Shown here: positions 39,570-52,500 of the stretch, piece after piece | How the letters are laid out: each line of letters opens with the position of its first letter | Position numbering within the stretch: the stretch's first letter is position 1 | Made by a program: the position numbers and the translations under genes | The notes under the pieces: generated by a model | The model's database searches: none | What the model saw: only the letters and a program-made list of their open reading frames with translations | What the model was told of the DNA's origin: nothing | Assembly (NCBI GenBank): GCA_964057225.1 | Contig: OZ059897.1 | Span: 7,502,001 to 7,566,000, forward strand | DNA: 64,000 nucleotides | Reading direction: 5' to 3' | Source: Auanema rhodensis | Taxonomy: Eukaryota; Animalia; Nematoda

Positions 39570-41257
39570 CGTTCCGTTATGCTCCTGCGTCGATAATATA
39601 AACCATTGTAGTTTATACCATGACGCGAATAGTATTCCTTGGTGTAGCGGTAGGAATACAGAGCATAAGGTCAATCATAAGATAAAAGAGAGAAAGATTT
39701 ATTGGCATGAAACTACAACAATAATATACAAAGATAAAGATACAATACAATAAGATAAATATAAGTATAAAGACTAAACTACAAGCCGTCCATGAGCTTG
39801 CTAAGAGGCAAACTCCCGACCAAGGGAACGAGGGAAGGCGGAGCCATTCCTCGGTCCTCTGGTCGTCTGGCTCTAACCCTTCAGCTACATATATGGGGAG
39901 TCCGAATGGAACGTGCCCTTTTTCAAAGATTTTTCGCGTCCGCGCGATATAAAGAGTTTTTAGTGTATATGTAGCTGAGTTTCAGAGTCTAGGAGTTTAC
40001 AATTAAAATTAAAAGTTTTAAAATCTACATGTAGAAAGATATTTAAATGGTATTAATAGGTTTCTTTATGGTATTAAGATAGAATTTGAATACAATAATG
40101 GGTTTTATGTTATTTTGTAACGGAGGATTAGAAAAATAAATTTAGTCATTGTAGTACTGTAATAAAAAAAAATTGTTCCATGAATTTGAGATTTATGTGA
40201 GATAATAAGGAATTATTCAACTTTTTGCGTGCATGGTTACTCGTATCCTAATGATGATGGGGATAAAGATTTTTAGTTATTAATTGTTTTCGTCTTCATG
40301 TGTCTCTCTGAATGAATCCTTGAGTACTAATGGAGGCTACCACTCAGATGGGGTGTGGCTTAGGCGCCTGCCAATTTTCGTCTCTTCTTGGAGATACATA
40401 TGGAGCTCAATTTAGTGCGATAGACTATCTCTATCATCGTAAAGAAGTACGGTAGCCTATTATTTATATTATATTTTCACTTATTCCTTATTTTTGGTTG
40501 TTTATTCTCTTAATCTCTCATCAAAATTTTTCTAATTCACCGTTACTTTCATTTTACAATCTACAGAAAAGAAAAGAATGTATATAAAAAATTTTTCTGT
40601 CGTCGGCTATGATGAAGTCCGGATCTTCGTAGGTGTCGTCAGAAGGTGAATATGTTCCTTCTCGGGGAGTATAAAACTGGTCGACTTGCGACTTCGGCTT
40701 CTCGGCTGGTTGGTGCGGTTTTTCTATTTGAACACTAAGAAGTCGGGTACGGCTTCTGCGACGACTTGCGACAGTAGCGTCACTGTTGGTATCGGACGGG
40801 TAAAGGGCTCGGAAAGCCGATGAGAATCTTTTGGCCACCTTTATAGGACTCTTGGTTTAGAAAACCCGAGAATGGTGAGCTACGTGTGGGATGTTGACGT
40901 AAGGTGCGTAAGATTCTTTTAGATGTGTGTTGGGAGAGAGAAAGATTCGGGAGCAATAGGATTTTCGTGCTTCGCTGGGCGATGCGGAGGGTAAATGAGA
41001 GGGAGTTTTCCAAATTTTGGCCAACAATCTGACTCCGCCTATCTACCGTAAGCTTATTATAGTTAATGGTGTTTATCTTTTCTCAAAAACTATTTTTATC
41101 CGCTCTTGCACTTTCCGCTTGTACTTCCTTTAATTTCTCTCTTCACTAGTAGCTTTCAATCATGTTTTTGTCCCAATTTTTTCTCTTGTTTACCAAGCTA
41201 GATTTTATTATTTTTGAGAGCTAAGAATTCATAAAAATGAGCGTCTAGCCTACTGGA

Positions 41258-41772
41258 ATGACCTTTGTCATGCAAAAGCTGTATGACGTTATTGTCTTTT
41301 ATGATGCTGAAGAGAGATTGGCTTATAGGCCCCATCCTGATATAGTATTAATGGTTGGTGCATTAGTCAATTTCAGTATTTTCTTTTGCTATTTTAGTTT
41401 ATTGAGGATCTGCAAATGTTCTATTTGGGCAGGGGCCTCGTTAATTTTTCCGCTATGGCGGAAATTGCGCCCGAGATTGAGCTCGTAGGGCGTCTCTGCC
41501 TCCGTGACCTCTGCGCGCATTCTTATGCCGCTCTCCCGTGTGGACTTGTAGGAAGTCCCTGGAGATGGTATACCGAGAGGCAGCCTTTATTCTATGAATT
41601 ATTATGTAAAATTTTGTTTAAAATTTATGTATGTTATGATAGCTCTTCGCTTGGATTGCAGCTGAGGGCCTCACTGGGGAGAGAGTATCCCGAATACCTC
41701 ACCCCCAGTTACGAGCCTATCTCTCTTGTTGCAGAGTTTGAGAGACAGCTAGCTTTCAAGTGGGGATTTTGA
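41258..41772 (+). CDS. Putative spliced gene inside element 1, antisense to the element
   Basis: A 44-nt GT..TTTTAG intron (41354-41397) joins ORF 41258 in frame to ORF 41416..41772. AATAAA lies 5 nt after the stop. The 5' end is uncertain. Confidence 0.5.
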
Positions 41773-42737
41773 CTGAATAAAGCTTGTACTCTGTGTTTTT
41801 ATTTTTATGCGCTTTGCTCTGTTTTCGTCAAGAAAATGGACTTATGTTTTCAATCTTTTCCTCATTCTTTTTCCCTTAAATAGCATGTTTTGCTCAAAAT
41901 GTTTTCGACATTGTGCATGCTAATGAGGTTTGAGGAGAGTTATTGAAAAGGCTGTCCTTTTTCTTGATCAAAATAAGCAAAAGTGCGTTTTCCTAAGCGA
42001 ATTTCTTTTTGAAAATGAGAAAAATACGTCTATTTTTAAACATTTCCCATTTACTTAGGATTACTGTAGGAGATAAGGGGTATCTTATGAGTTGAAACAA
42101 CGAAATGATTTGAGGAAGGTGACATAATCTACGGGGATAAAATCCGTAGCAGTTATGCTTCCGCCAACTTGACCTGACTGTCAAATAAGAGCTGAGAAGT
42201 CTTAATGCAGATTTACCAGGCTTTTTCGGACTAGTGTGGTCTCTTTTTATATTCAATTTATGTAACCGTTTTTGGTTTCCCGCAAAATAATATGTAAAAT
42301 GATCTTTTACGTCTGAATATAATAATTTTTCAAAATTCTAGTCCTGACCACAAAATATACAAACTATAATCAATTGCACGCGTCTTTTAAATTTTTGTTC
42401 CGATAATCAAACTTCTCTATGCCCAAAAAAAATGTGAACAATTATAATTTCTCGTTTGGCGAAAGTGTCCTCTATTTCAATCCAAACGTCCTCAAAATGG
42501 CATGAGAAGCGGTACAAGATACGATATAGAAAAGGGTGGACATTCAGACGGTTTTAAATTGAGGACGGCGGGCAAAAATTTTATGGGTCCTATCTCGCAT
42601 TTAAGCGAGATCCCTTGTATCTGTACCTTAAAACAAATTGGCGCCTTCATTTTGTTGTTTCAAGTGGAGGAATTTATAATTTAGAATGCAAAAATGGACT
42701 TTTACAATAAAAAAAAATTTTTTTTTTTTCAAAAGAT

Positions 42738-42758
42738 GAGTTCGAGGTGGAACCTCCA
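42738..42758 (-). promoter_or_regulatory. Primer-binding site, tRNA-Gln
   Basis: TGGAGGTTCCACC-TCGAACTC is complementary to the tRNA-Gln 3' end (..GGTGGAACCT-CCA) and abuts the LTR. Confidence 0.85.
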
Positions 42759-43102
42759 CGTTCCGTTATGCTCCTGCGTCGATAATATAAACCATTGTAG
42801 TTTATACCATGACGCGAATAGTATTCCTTGGTGTAGCGGTAGGAATACAGAGCATAAGGTCAATCATAAGATAAAAGAGAGAAAGATTTATTGGCATGAA
42901 ACTACAACAATAATATACAAAGATAAAGATACAATACAATAAGATAAATATAAGTATAAAGACTAAACTACAAGCCGTCCATGAGCTTGCTAAGAGGCGA
43001 ACTCCCGACCAAGGGAACGAGGGAAGGCGGAGCCATTCCTCGGTCCTCTGGTCGTCTGGCTCTAACCCTTCAGCTACATATATGGGGAGTCCGAATGGAA
43101 CG

Positions 43103-46100
43103 ATAGATCATTTTGAATTAAATTTAGAAGTAAATATACTATTCTATGAGTAGGTACTTCATTAATTTTATGAAGTTAGGAGGATGTGTAGCCTCGTTAG
43201 CTCAGCTGGTAGAGCGTTAGACTTTTAATCTAACGGTCAGGGGTTCGAGCCCCCTACGGGGCTAATTTTTTACATTCTATCTGTCCCGAACATGTAAAAC
43301 TTAATTTTCTTACCTTGTTTAAACTTTTATTTATTCCAGAATCTTAAATTTTTCTTCAAATATATATCTTTTTGAATTAAATTTAGAAGTAAATATACTA
43401 TTCTAGGAGTAAGTACTTCATTATTTTTATGAAATGGTGACGATATGTAGCCTCGTTAGCTCAGCTGGTAGAGCGTTAGACTTTTAATCTAACGGTCAGG
43501 GGTTCGAGCCCCCTACGGGGCTAATTTTTTACATTCTATCTGTCCCGAACATGTAAAACTTAATTTTCTTACTTTGTTTGAACTTTTATTTATTCCAGAA
43601 TCTTGAATTTTTCTTCAAATATAGATCTTTTTGAATTAAATTTAGAAGTAAATATACTATTCTATGAGTAGGTACTTCATTAATTTTATGAAGTTAGGAG
43701 GATGTGTAGCCTCGTTAGCTCAGCTGGTAGAGCGTTAGACTTTTAATCTAACGGTCAGGGGTTCGAGCCCCCTACGGGGCTAATTCTTTACATTCTATCT
43801 GTCCCGAACAGGTAAAACTTAATTTTCTTACCTTGTTTAAACTTTTATTTATTCCAGAATCTTGAATTTTTCTTCAAATATAGATCTTTTTGAATTAAAT
43901 TTAGAAGTAAATATAATATTGTATGAGTAGGTACTTCATTAATTTTATGAAGTTAGGAGGATGTGTAGCCTCGTTAGCTCAGCTGGTAGAGCGTTAGACT
44001 TTTAATCTAACGGTCAGGGGTTCGAGCCCCCTAAGGGGCTAATTCTTTACATTCTATCTGTCCCGAACATGTAAAACTTAATTTTCTTACTTTGTTTGAA
44101 CTTTTATTTATTCCAGAATCTTGAATTTTTCTTCAAATATAGATCTTTTTGAATTAAATTTAGAAGTAAATATACTATTGTATGAGTAGGTACTTCATTA
44201 TTTTTATGAAATGGCGACGATATGTAGCCTCGTTAGCTCAGCTGGTAGAGCGTTAGACTTTTAATCTAACGGTCAGGGGTTCGAGCCCCCTACGGGGCTA
44301 ATTTTTAACATTCTATCTGTTCCGAACATGTAAAACTTTATTTTCTTACCTTGTTTAAACTTTTATTTATTCCAGAATCTTGAATTTTTCTTCAAATATA
44401 GATCTTTTTGAATTAAATTTAGAAGTAAATATACTATTGTATGAGTAGGTACTTCATTATTTTTATGAAATGGCGACGATATGTAGCCTCGTTAGCTCAG
44501 CTGGTAGAGCGTTAGACTTTTAATCTAACGGTCAGGGGTTCGAGCCCCCTACGGGGCTAATTTTTTACATTCTATCTGTTCCGAACATGTAAAACTTAAT
44601 TTTCTTACCTTGTTTAAACTTTTATTTATTCCAGAATCTTGAATTTTTCTTCAAATATAGATCTTTTTGAATTAAATTTAGAAGTAAATATACTATTGTA
44701 TGAGTAGGTACTTCATTATTTTTATGAAATGGCGACGATATGTAGCCTCGTTAGCTCAGCTGGTAGAGCGTTAGACTTTTAATCTAACGGTCAGGGGTTC
44801 GAGCCCCCTACGGGGCTAATTTTTAACATTCTATCTGTTCCGAACATGTAAAACTTTATTTTCTTACCTTGTTTAAACTTTTATTTATTCCAGAATCTTG
44901 AATTTTTCTTCAAATATAGATCTTTTTGAATTAAATTTAGAAGTAAATATACTATTGTATGAGTAGGTACTTCATTATTTTTATGAAATGGCGACGATAT
45001 GTAGCCTCGTTAGCTCAGCTGGTAGAGCGTTAGACTTTTAATCTAACGGTCAGGGGTTCGAGCCCCCTACGGGGCTAATTTTTAACATTCTATCTGTTCC
45101 GAACATGTAAAACTTTATTTTCTTACCTTGTTTAAACTTTTATTTATTCCAGAATCTTGAATTTTTCTTCAAATATAGATCTTTTTGAATTAAATTTAGA
45201 AGTAAATATACTATTGTATGAGTAGGTACTTCATTATTTTTATGAAATGGCGACGATATGTAGCCTCGTTAGCTCAGCTGGTAGAGCGTTAGACTTTTAA
45301 TCTAACGGTCAGGGGTTCGAGCCCCCTACGGGGCTAATTTTTTTACATTCTATCTGTCCCGAACATGTAAAACTTTATTTTCTCACCTTGTTTGAACTTT
45401 CATTTATTCGAGAATCTTGAATTTTTCTTCAAATATAGATCTTTTTGAATTAAATTTAGAAGTAAATATACTATTCTATGAGTAGGTACTTCATTAATTT
45501 TATGAAGTTAGGAGGATGTGTAGCCTCGTTAGCTCAGCTGGTAGAGCGTTAGACTTTTAATCTAACGGTCAGGGGTTCGAGCCCCCTACGGGGCTAATTT
45601 TTTACATTCTATCTGTCCCGAACATGTAAAACTTAATTTTCTTACCTTGTTTAAACTTTTATTTATTCCAGAATCTTGAATTTTTCTTCAAATATAGATC
45701 TTTTTGAATTAAATTTAGAAGTAAATATACTATTCTATGAGTAAGTACTTCATTATTTTTATGAAATGGTGACGATATGTAGCCTCGTTAGCTCAGCTGG
45801 TAGAGCGTTAGACTTTTAATCTAACGGTCAGGGGTTCGAGCCCCCTACGGGGCTAATTTTTTACATTCTATCTGTCCCGAACATGTAAAACTTAATTTTC
45901 TTACCTTGTTTAAACTTTTATTCATTCCAGAATCTTGAATTTTTCTTCAAATATAGATCTTTTTGAATTAAATTTAGAAGTAAATATACTATTCTATGAG
46001 TAAGTACTTCATTATTTTTATGAAATGGTGACGATATGTAGCCTCGTTAGCTCAGCTGGTAGAGCGTTAGACTTTTAATCTAACGGTCAGGGGTTCGAGC

Positions 46101-46811
46101 CCCCTACGGGGCTAATTTTTAACATTCTATCTGTTCCGAACATGTAAAACTTTATTTTCTTACCTTGTTTAAACTTTTATTTATTCCAGAATCTTGAATT
46201 TTTCTTCAAATATAGATCTTTTTGAATTAAATTTAGAAGTAAATATACTATTGTATGAGTAGGTACTTCATTATTTTTATGAAATGGCGACGATATGTAG
46301 CCTCGTTAGCTCAGCTGGTAGAGCGTTAGACTTTTAATCTAACGGTCAGGGGTTCGAGCCCCCTACGGGGCTAATTTTTAACATTCTATCTGTTCCGAAC
46401 ATGTAAAACTTTATTTTCTTACCTTGTTTAAACTTTTATTTATTCCAGAATCTTGAATTTTTCTTCAAATATAGATCTTTTTGAATTAAATTTAGAAGTA
46501 AATATACTATTCTATGAGTAGGTACTTCATTATTTTTATGAAATGGCGACGATATGTAGCCTCGTTAGCTCAGCTGGTAGAGCGTTAGACTTTTAATCTA
46601 ACGGTCAGGGGTTCGAGCCCCCTACGGGGCTAATTTTTAACATTCTATCTGTTCCGAATATGTAAAACTTAATTTTCTTACCTTGTTTAAACTTTTATTC
46701 ATTCCAGAATCTTGAATTTTTCTGAAATATAGATCTTTTTGAATTAAATTTAGAAGTAAATATACTATTGTATGAGTAGGTACTTCATTAATTTTATGAA
46801 GTTAGGAGGAT
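43103..46811 (+). repeat. tRNA-Lys(UUU) array block C (14 genes)
   Basis: Genes at 43191 ... 46559, in phase across the element 1 TSD. Confidence 0.96.
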
Positions 46812-49510
46812 TGTCACATCTGCAAGCACATGGTAAACATGTGCGCGCTATTCAAATAGCGGGAGCCTGAACAAGCCCCGCCTACAACATGGGACACACA
46901 TGGCACTCTTGCTTCTGGCCTAACCCAGATAGGTTGTCTTATAGTCATGTGAGTCTCATCTCTATATCATCTATATATATACTCTATTTAATACTTTATT
47001 ATATCTCTTTATATTCTTTCTTAATGTAATTCTTATATTGTATTTTCTTGTTATCTGATAATGAATCCTTTTCTCTTTGAGTATTTGTCTTAATAAGGAA
47101 ATCGGGGCGTTCGGGTCTGCCTACCTAAGGAACAAGGTAGAAGTACATATATCTTCCGACCATGAAAAGACGGGAAGAAACAATATGTAACGTGGAGGTT
47201 CCGCCTTGCTTACTTTACTGTTAATTTATTGACAGCAAGTTTACGAGACTTTTGGACTTAATTACCCAACAGTGAGGAGTAACCGAGCCGTGCACCATGA
47301 TTTCCCCAAAAATTATTTTGGCTACCACTTCTCCTCCGCTCAACGAAAACTGGGAGGTGTCTGAGACGTTTGGGGAAACTATCAGACAATAGTTTTGACG
47401 AGCGTTACCTTTTTGTTATGCACGCGTGCTATTTTGATTCATTACTTTATGATGTGAATGTCCAGTGTGGCAACAGAGCTCACTTTTTAGCTGAGTTGTT
47501 TGGAAGCTGGAGGCTGTTGGGATGATTTTATTTACGATTTTTGATTTTGATTCACATCCAAGGGTTCATCAGGGTTCTACTCCTGTTAACTCTTTTCTTA
47601 TTAGTTCAGAGATAATAAGAATATTTAAATTCCTACCCACCCAAGTCCACTCTACGTCTGCCAACGTTTCCTTTTTCCTATATTATTGACAGATTACTGA
47701 ATTTGAATTCCTATATCAATCTTAAATTACCTTCTAAATCTTTTGAAATTAAATTAAAAATTATCTTAATTAAGATTTATTTTGAAATTCTTTCTACAAA
47801 TCTTAATAAACTTTATAAAATTGAACTTAATATACGAGATGAGACATTTTTGTTTACTTTAAGCTTACTCACATTCAAATAGTTGGCCCACGCGTACCAG
47901 CTGTTCGGCATGTGTAGTCAATAACAGCTGTTAAAATTCAAAAGTTTTCAAACAGGCTTAAGGCACCATCTGTGATTCCTAATTTGTCTCTAAGCTGACA
48001 TTAGTGATTATAATATTCAAATATCACGACAGACGGTCAATGGTTGTTTACCATAAGCGCTAACATCTGGTGTCGTGACACATGGCTGGAGGCGGAGCTT
48101 GAAGCTTCAACGATCCTCCTTCATCAGACGCCATTGTCACAAACGTTTTTACTGGAGTCTAGTTGCTTCCAGTACGCGCTCTTATATTCATCTAACTGTA
48201 TTCACCAGCCACCATGTCGGACTCGGACATCAGCGAGGACAACAAAGATTAGGAACAAGGATCACCAGAGCCATACCTTTTGTATGTCACACAACAACAA
48301 AGAAGAATGAACAACGGTTAATGACTTAGTTATGATAAAAGTGAATTCTACACGAAACAAACTAACACCTTCATTCGAAGGGCCTTATTTAGTTACAGCA
48401 GTTCAAAGATCTTTCGTCGTGGTTCAAACAGATAAAGGAAAAAGCAGAAGAGTACACAAGGACTTCGTCAAACCTTACCAACGGACAACATCTATTCCGG
48501 TTATCACAATTTCTTGAAGGTAGTTTTTTTTTAACAAAATCAAATTGTTGAAATTTTTCTTATTTTATTTTGTGCCATTTCTAATTGTAACACTTCTTTG
48601 TTGTTGATTGATTTTCTCAGAGAAGTCTGCTATTGTTTTACAAAAGTTTGTTTTATTACTCCAACTCTCATTGAGTAGATTTTTTTCAACATTCTCTTGT
48701 GAATTTTGCTATTTTTTATGCTTAATCATTACTTGTATTCACCTTATGGACATTAGTCATACGGGTTAAACGAGTTTTCATTTTTTTGTACAGAACGGGC
48801 TCGACCTATTCTCAGGGTAACACCGTACCTGTACAACTCGAGAAAATGAACGACTATATCACAGTCGAATGGTTTAGAAGCAAAGCTCTCGTTTGCAAGC
48901 ATTTCACTACTCAAGTGAATGGAATAGAATCTATTCGATACTACATTTTGAATTCAACAAACTTGAAGAGACAATAGCTAAACTTTCAAATCGTATTGTA
49001 TACATTATTTTTTATCGACTACACCATGATTTTTTTTTGTTATCTTTTTCCAACATCCAACTATCTTAAAAAGTGAATTAATTTATTTTATTTTTGAACG
49101 AGGACGTTCAACTTTTTAAGGTGGGGGGATGTCACATCTGCAAGCACATGGTAAACATGTGCGCGCTATTCAAATAGCGGGAGCCTGAACAAGCCCCGCC
49201 TACAACATGGGACACACATGGCACTCTTGCTTCTGGCCTAACCCAGATAGGTTGTCTTATAGTCATGTGAGTCTCATCTCTATATCATCTATATATATAC
49301 TCTATTTAATACTTTATTATATCTCTTTATATTCTTTCTTAATGTAATTCTTATATTGTATTTTCTTGTTATCTGATAATGAATCCTTTTCTCTTTGAGT
49401 ATTTGTCTTAATAAGGAAATCGGGGCGTTCGGGTCTGCCTACCTAAGGAACAAGGTAGAAGTACATATATCTTCCGACCATGAAAAGACGGGAAGAAACA
49501 ATATGTAACG
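46812..49510 (+). mobile_element. Non-autonomous Ty3/Gypsy LTR retrotransposon 2 (2.7 kb)
   Basis: 381-bp LTRs at 46812-47192 and 49130-49510 with no difference seen, TSD GGAT, PBS TGGAGGTTCCGCC at 47193, PPT AAGGTGGGGGGA at 49118-49129. Confidence 0.95.
48332..48517 (+). pseudogene. Integrase C-terminal GPY/F module remnant
   Basis: NKLTPSFEGPYLV..VVVQ..RRVHKDFVKPY, typical of Ty3/Gypsy integrase tails. Confidence 0.85.
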
Positions 49511-52500
49511 GGATGTGTAGCCTCGTTAGCTCAGCTGGTAGAGCGTTAGACTTTTAATCTAACGGTCAGGGGTTCGAGCCCCATACGGGGCTAATTTTTA
49601 ACATTCTATCTGTTCCGAACATGTAAAACTTTATTTTCTTACCTTGTTTAAACTTTTATTTATTCCAGAATCTTGAATTTTTCTTCAAATATAGATCTTT
49701 TTGAATTAAATTTAGAAGTAAATATACTATTCTATGAGTAGGTACTTCATTAATTTTATGAAGTTAGGAGGATGTGTAGCCTCGTTAGCTCAGCTGGTAG
49801 AGCGTTAGACTTTTAATCTAACGGTCAGGGGTTCGAGCCCCCTACGGGGCTAATTTTTTACATTCTATCTGTCCCGAACATGTAAAACTTAATTTTCTTA
49901 CCTTGTTTAAACTTTTATTTATTCCAGAATCTTGAATTTTTCTTCAAATATAGATCTTTTTGAATTAAATTTAGAAGTAAATATACTATTCTATGAGTAA
50001 GTACTTCATTATTTTTATGAAATGGTGACGATATGTAGCCTCGTTAGCTCAGCTGGTAGAGCGTTAGACTTTTAATCTAACGGTCAGGGGTTCGAGCCCC
50101 CTACGGGGCTAATTTTTTACATTCTATCTGTCCCGAACATGTAAAACTTAATTTTCTTACCTTGTTTAAACTTTTATTTATTCCAGAATCTTGAATTTTT
50201 CTTCAAATATAGATCTTTTTGAATTAAATTTAGAAGTAAATATACTATTGTATGAGTAGGTACTTCATTATTTTTATGAAATGGCGACGATATGTAGCCT
50301 CGTTAGCTCAGCTGGTAGAGCGTTAGACTTTTAATCTAACGGTCAGGGGTTCGAGCCCCCTACGGGGCTAATTTTTTACATTCTATCTGTCCCGAACATG
50401 TAAAACTTAATTTTCTTACCTTGTTTAAACTTTTATTTATTCCAGAATCTTGAATTTTTCTTCAAATATAGAACTTTTTGAATTAAATTTAGAAGTAAAT
50501 ATACTATTCTATGAGTAAGTACTTCATTATTTTTATGAAATGGCGACGATATGTAGCCTCGTTAGCTCAGCTGGTAGAGCGTTAGACTTTTAATCTAACG
50601 GTCAGGGGTTCGAGCCCCCTACGGGGCTAATTTTTTACATTCTATCTGTCCCGAACATGTAAAACTTAATTTTCTTACCTTGTTTAAACTTTTATTTATT
50701 CCAGAATCTTGAATTTTTCTTCAAATATAGATCTTTTTGAATTAAATTTAGAAGTAAATATACTATTGTATGAGTAGGTACTTCATTATTTTTATGAAAT
50801 GGCGACGATATGTAGCCTCGTTAGCTCAGCTGGTAGAGCGTTAGACTTTTAATCTAACGGTCAGGGGTTCGAGCCCCCTACGGGACTAATTTTTTACATT
50901 CTATCTGTCCCGAGCATGTAAAACTTAATTTTCTTACCTTGTTTAAACTTTTATTTATTCCAGAATCTTGAATTTTTCTTCAAATATAGATCTTTTTGAA
51001 TTAAATTTAGAAGTAAATATACTATTGTATGAGTAGGTACTTCATTATTTTTATGAAATGGCGACGATATGTAGCCTCGTTAGCTCAGCTGGTAGAGCGT
51101 TAGACTTTTAATCTAACGGTCAGGGGTTCGAGCCCCCTACGGGGCTAATTTTTTACATTCTATCTGTCCCGAACATGTAAAACTTAATTTTCTTACCTTG
51201 TTTAAACTTTTATTTATTCCAGAATCTTGAATTTTTCTTCAAATTTAGATCTTTTTGAATTAAATTTAGAAGTAATTATACTATTCTATGAGTAAGTACT
51301 TCATTATTTTTATGAAATGGTGACGATATGTAGCCTCGTTAGCTCAGCTGGTAGAGCGTTAGACTTTTAATCTAACGGTCAGGGGTTCGAGCCCCATACG
51401 GGGCTAATTTTTAACATTCTATCTGTTCCGAATATGTAAAACTTAATTTTCTTACCTTGTTTAAACTTTTATTCATTCCAGAATCTTGAATTTTTCTGAA
51501 ATATAGATCTTTTTGAATTAAATTTAGAAGTAAATATAATATTGTATGAGTAAGTACTTCATTATTTTTATGAAATGGTGGCGATGTGTAGCCTCGTTAG
51601 CTCAGCTGGTAGAGCGTTAGACTTTTAATCTAACGGTCAGGGGTTCGAGCCCCCTACGGGGCTAATTTTTTACATTCTATCTGTCCCGAACATGTAAAAC
51701 TTAATTTTCTTACCTTGTTTAAACTTTTATTTATTCCAGAATCTTGAATTTTTCTTCAAATATAGATCTTTTTGAATTAAATTTAGAAGTAAATATACTA
51801 TTCTATGAGTAAGTACTTCATTATTTTTATGAAATGGTGACGATATGTAGCCTCGTTAGCTCAGCTGGTAGAGCGTTAGACTTTTAATCTAACGGTCAGG
51901 GGTTCGAGCCCCCTACGGGGCTAATTTTTTACATTCTATCTGTCCCGAACATGTAAAACTTAATTTTCTTACCTTGTTTAAACTTTTATTCATTCCAGAA
52001 TCTTGAATTTTTCTTCAAATATAGATCTTTTTGAATTAAATTTAGAAGTAAATATACTATTGTATGAGTAGGTACTTCATTATTTTTATGAAATGGCGAC
52101 GATATGTAGCCTCGTTAGCTCAGCTGGTAGAGCGTTAGACTTTTAATCTAACGGTCAGGGGTTCGAGCCCCCTACGGGGCTAATTTTTTACATTCTATCT
52201 GTCCCGAACATGTAAAACTTAATTTTCTTACCTTGTTTAAACTTTTATTTATTCCAGAATCTTGAATTTTTCTTCAAATATAGATCTTTTTGAATTAAAT
52301 TTAGAAGTAAATATACTATTGTATGAGTAGGTACTTCATTATTTTTATGAAATGGCGACGATATGTAGCCTCGTTAGCTCAGCTGGTAGAGCGTTAGACT
52401 TTTAATCTAACGGTCAGGGGTTCGAGCCCCCTACGGGGCTAATTTTTTACATTCTATCTGTCCCGAACATGTAAAACTTAATTTTCTTACCTTGTTTAAA

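Larger units (their letters stand above)
39570..43102 (-). mobile_element. Non-autonomous LTR retrotransposon 1 (3.5 kb, Ty3/Gypsy-related)
   Basis: 344-bp LTRs at 39570-39913 and 42759-43102 (1 difference seen), TSD ATAG (39566-69 / 43103-06), PBS at 42738-42758, purine tract AAAAAGGG next to the 3' LTR, and a gag-leader remnant at about 40.6-41.0 kb homologous to element 3. Confidence 0.93.

Noticed and set aside
47193-47205. LTR elements primed by the arrayed tRNA-Lys
   Set aside because: A Lys PBS would read TGGAGCCCCGT; all three read TGGAGGTTCC (Gln)
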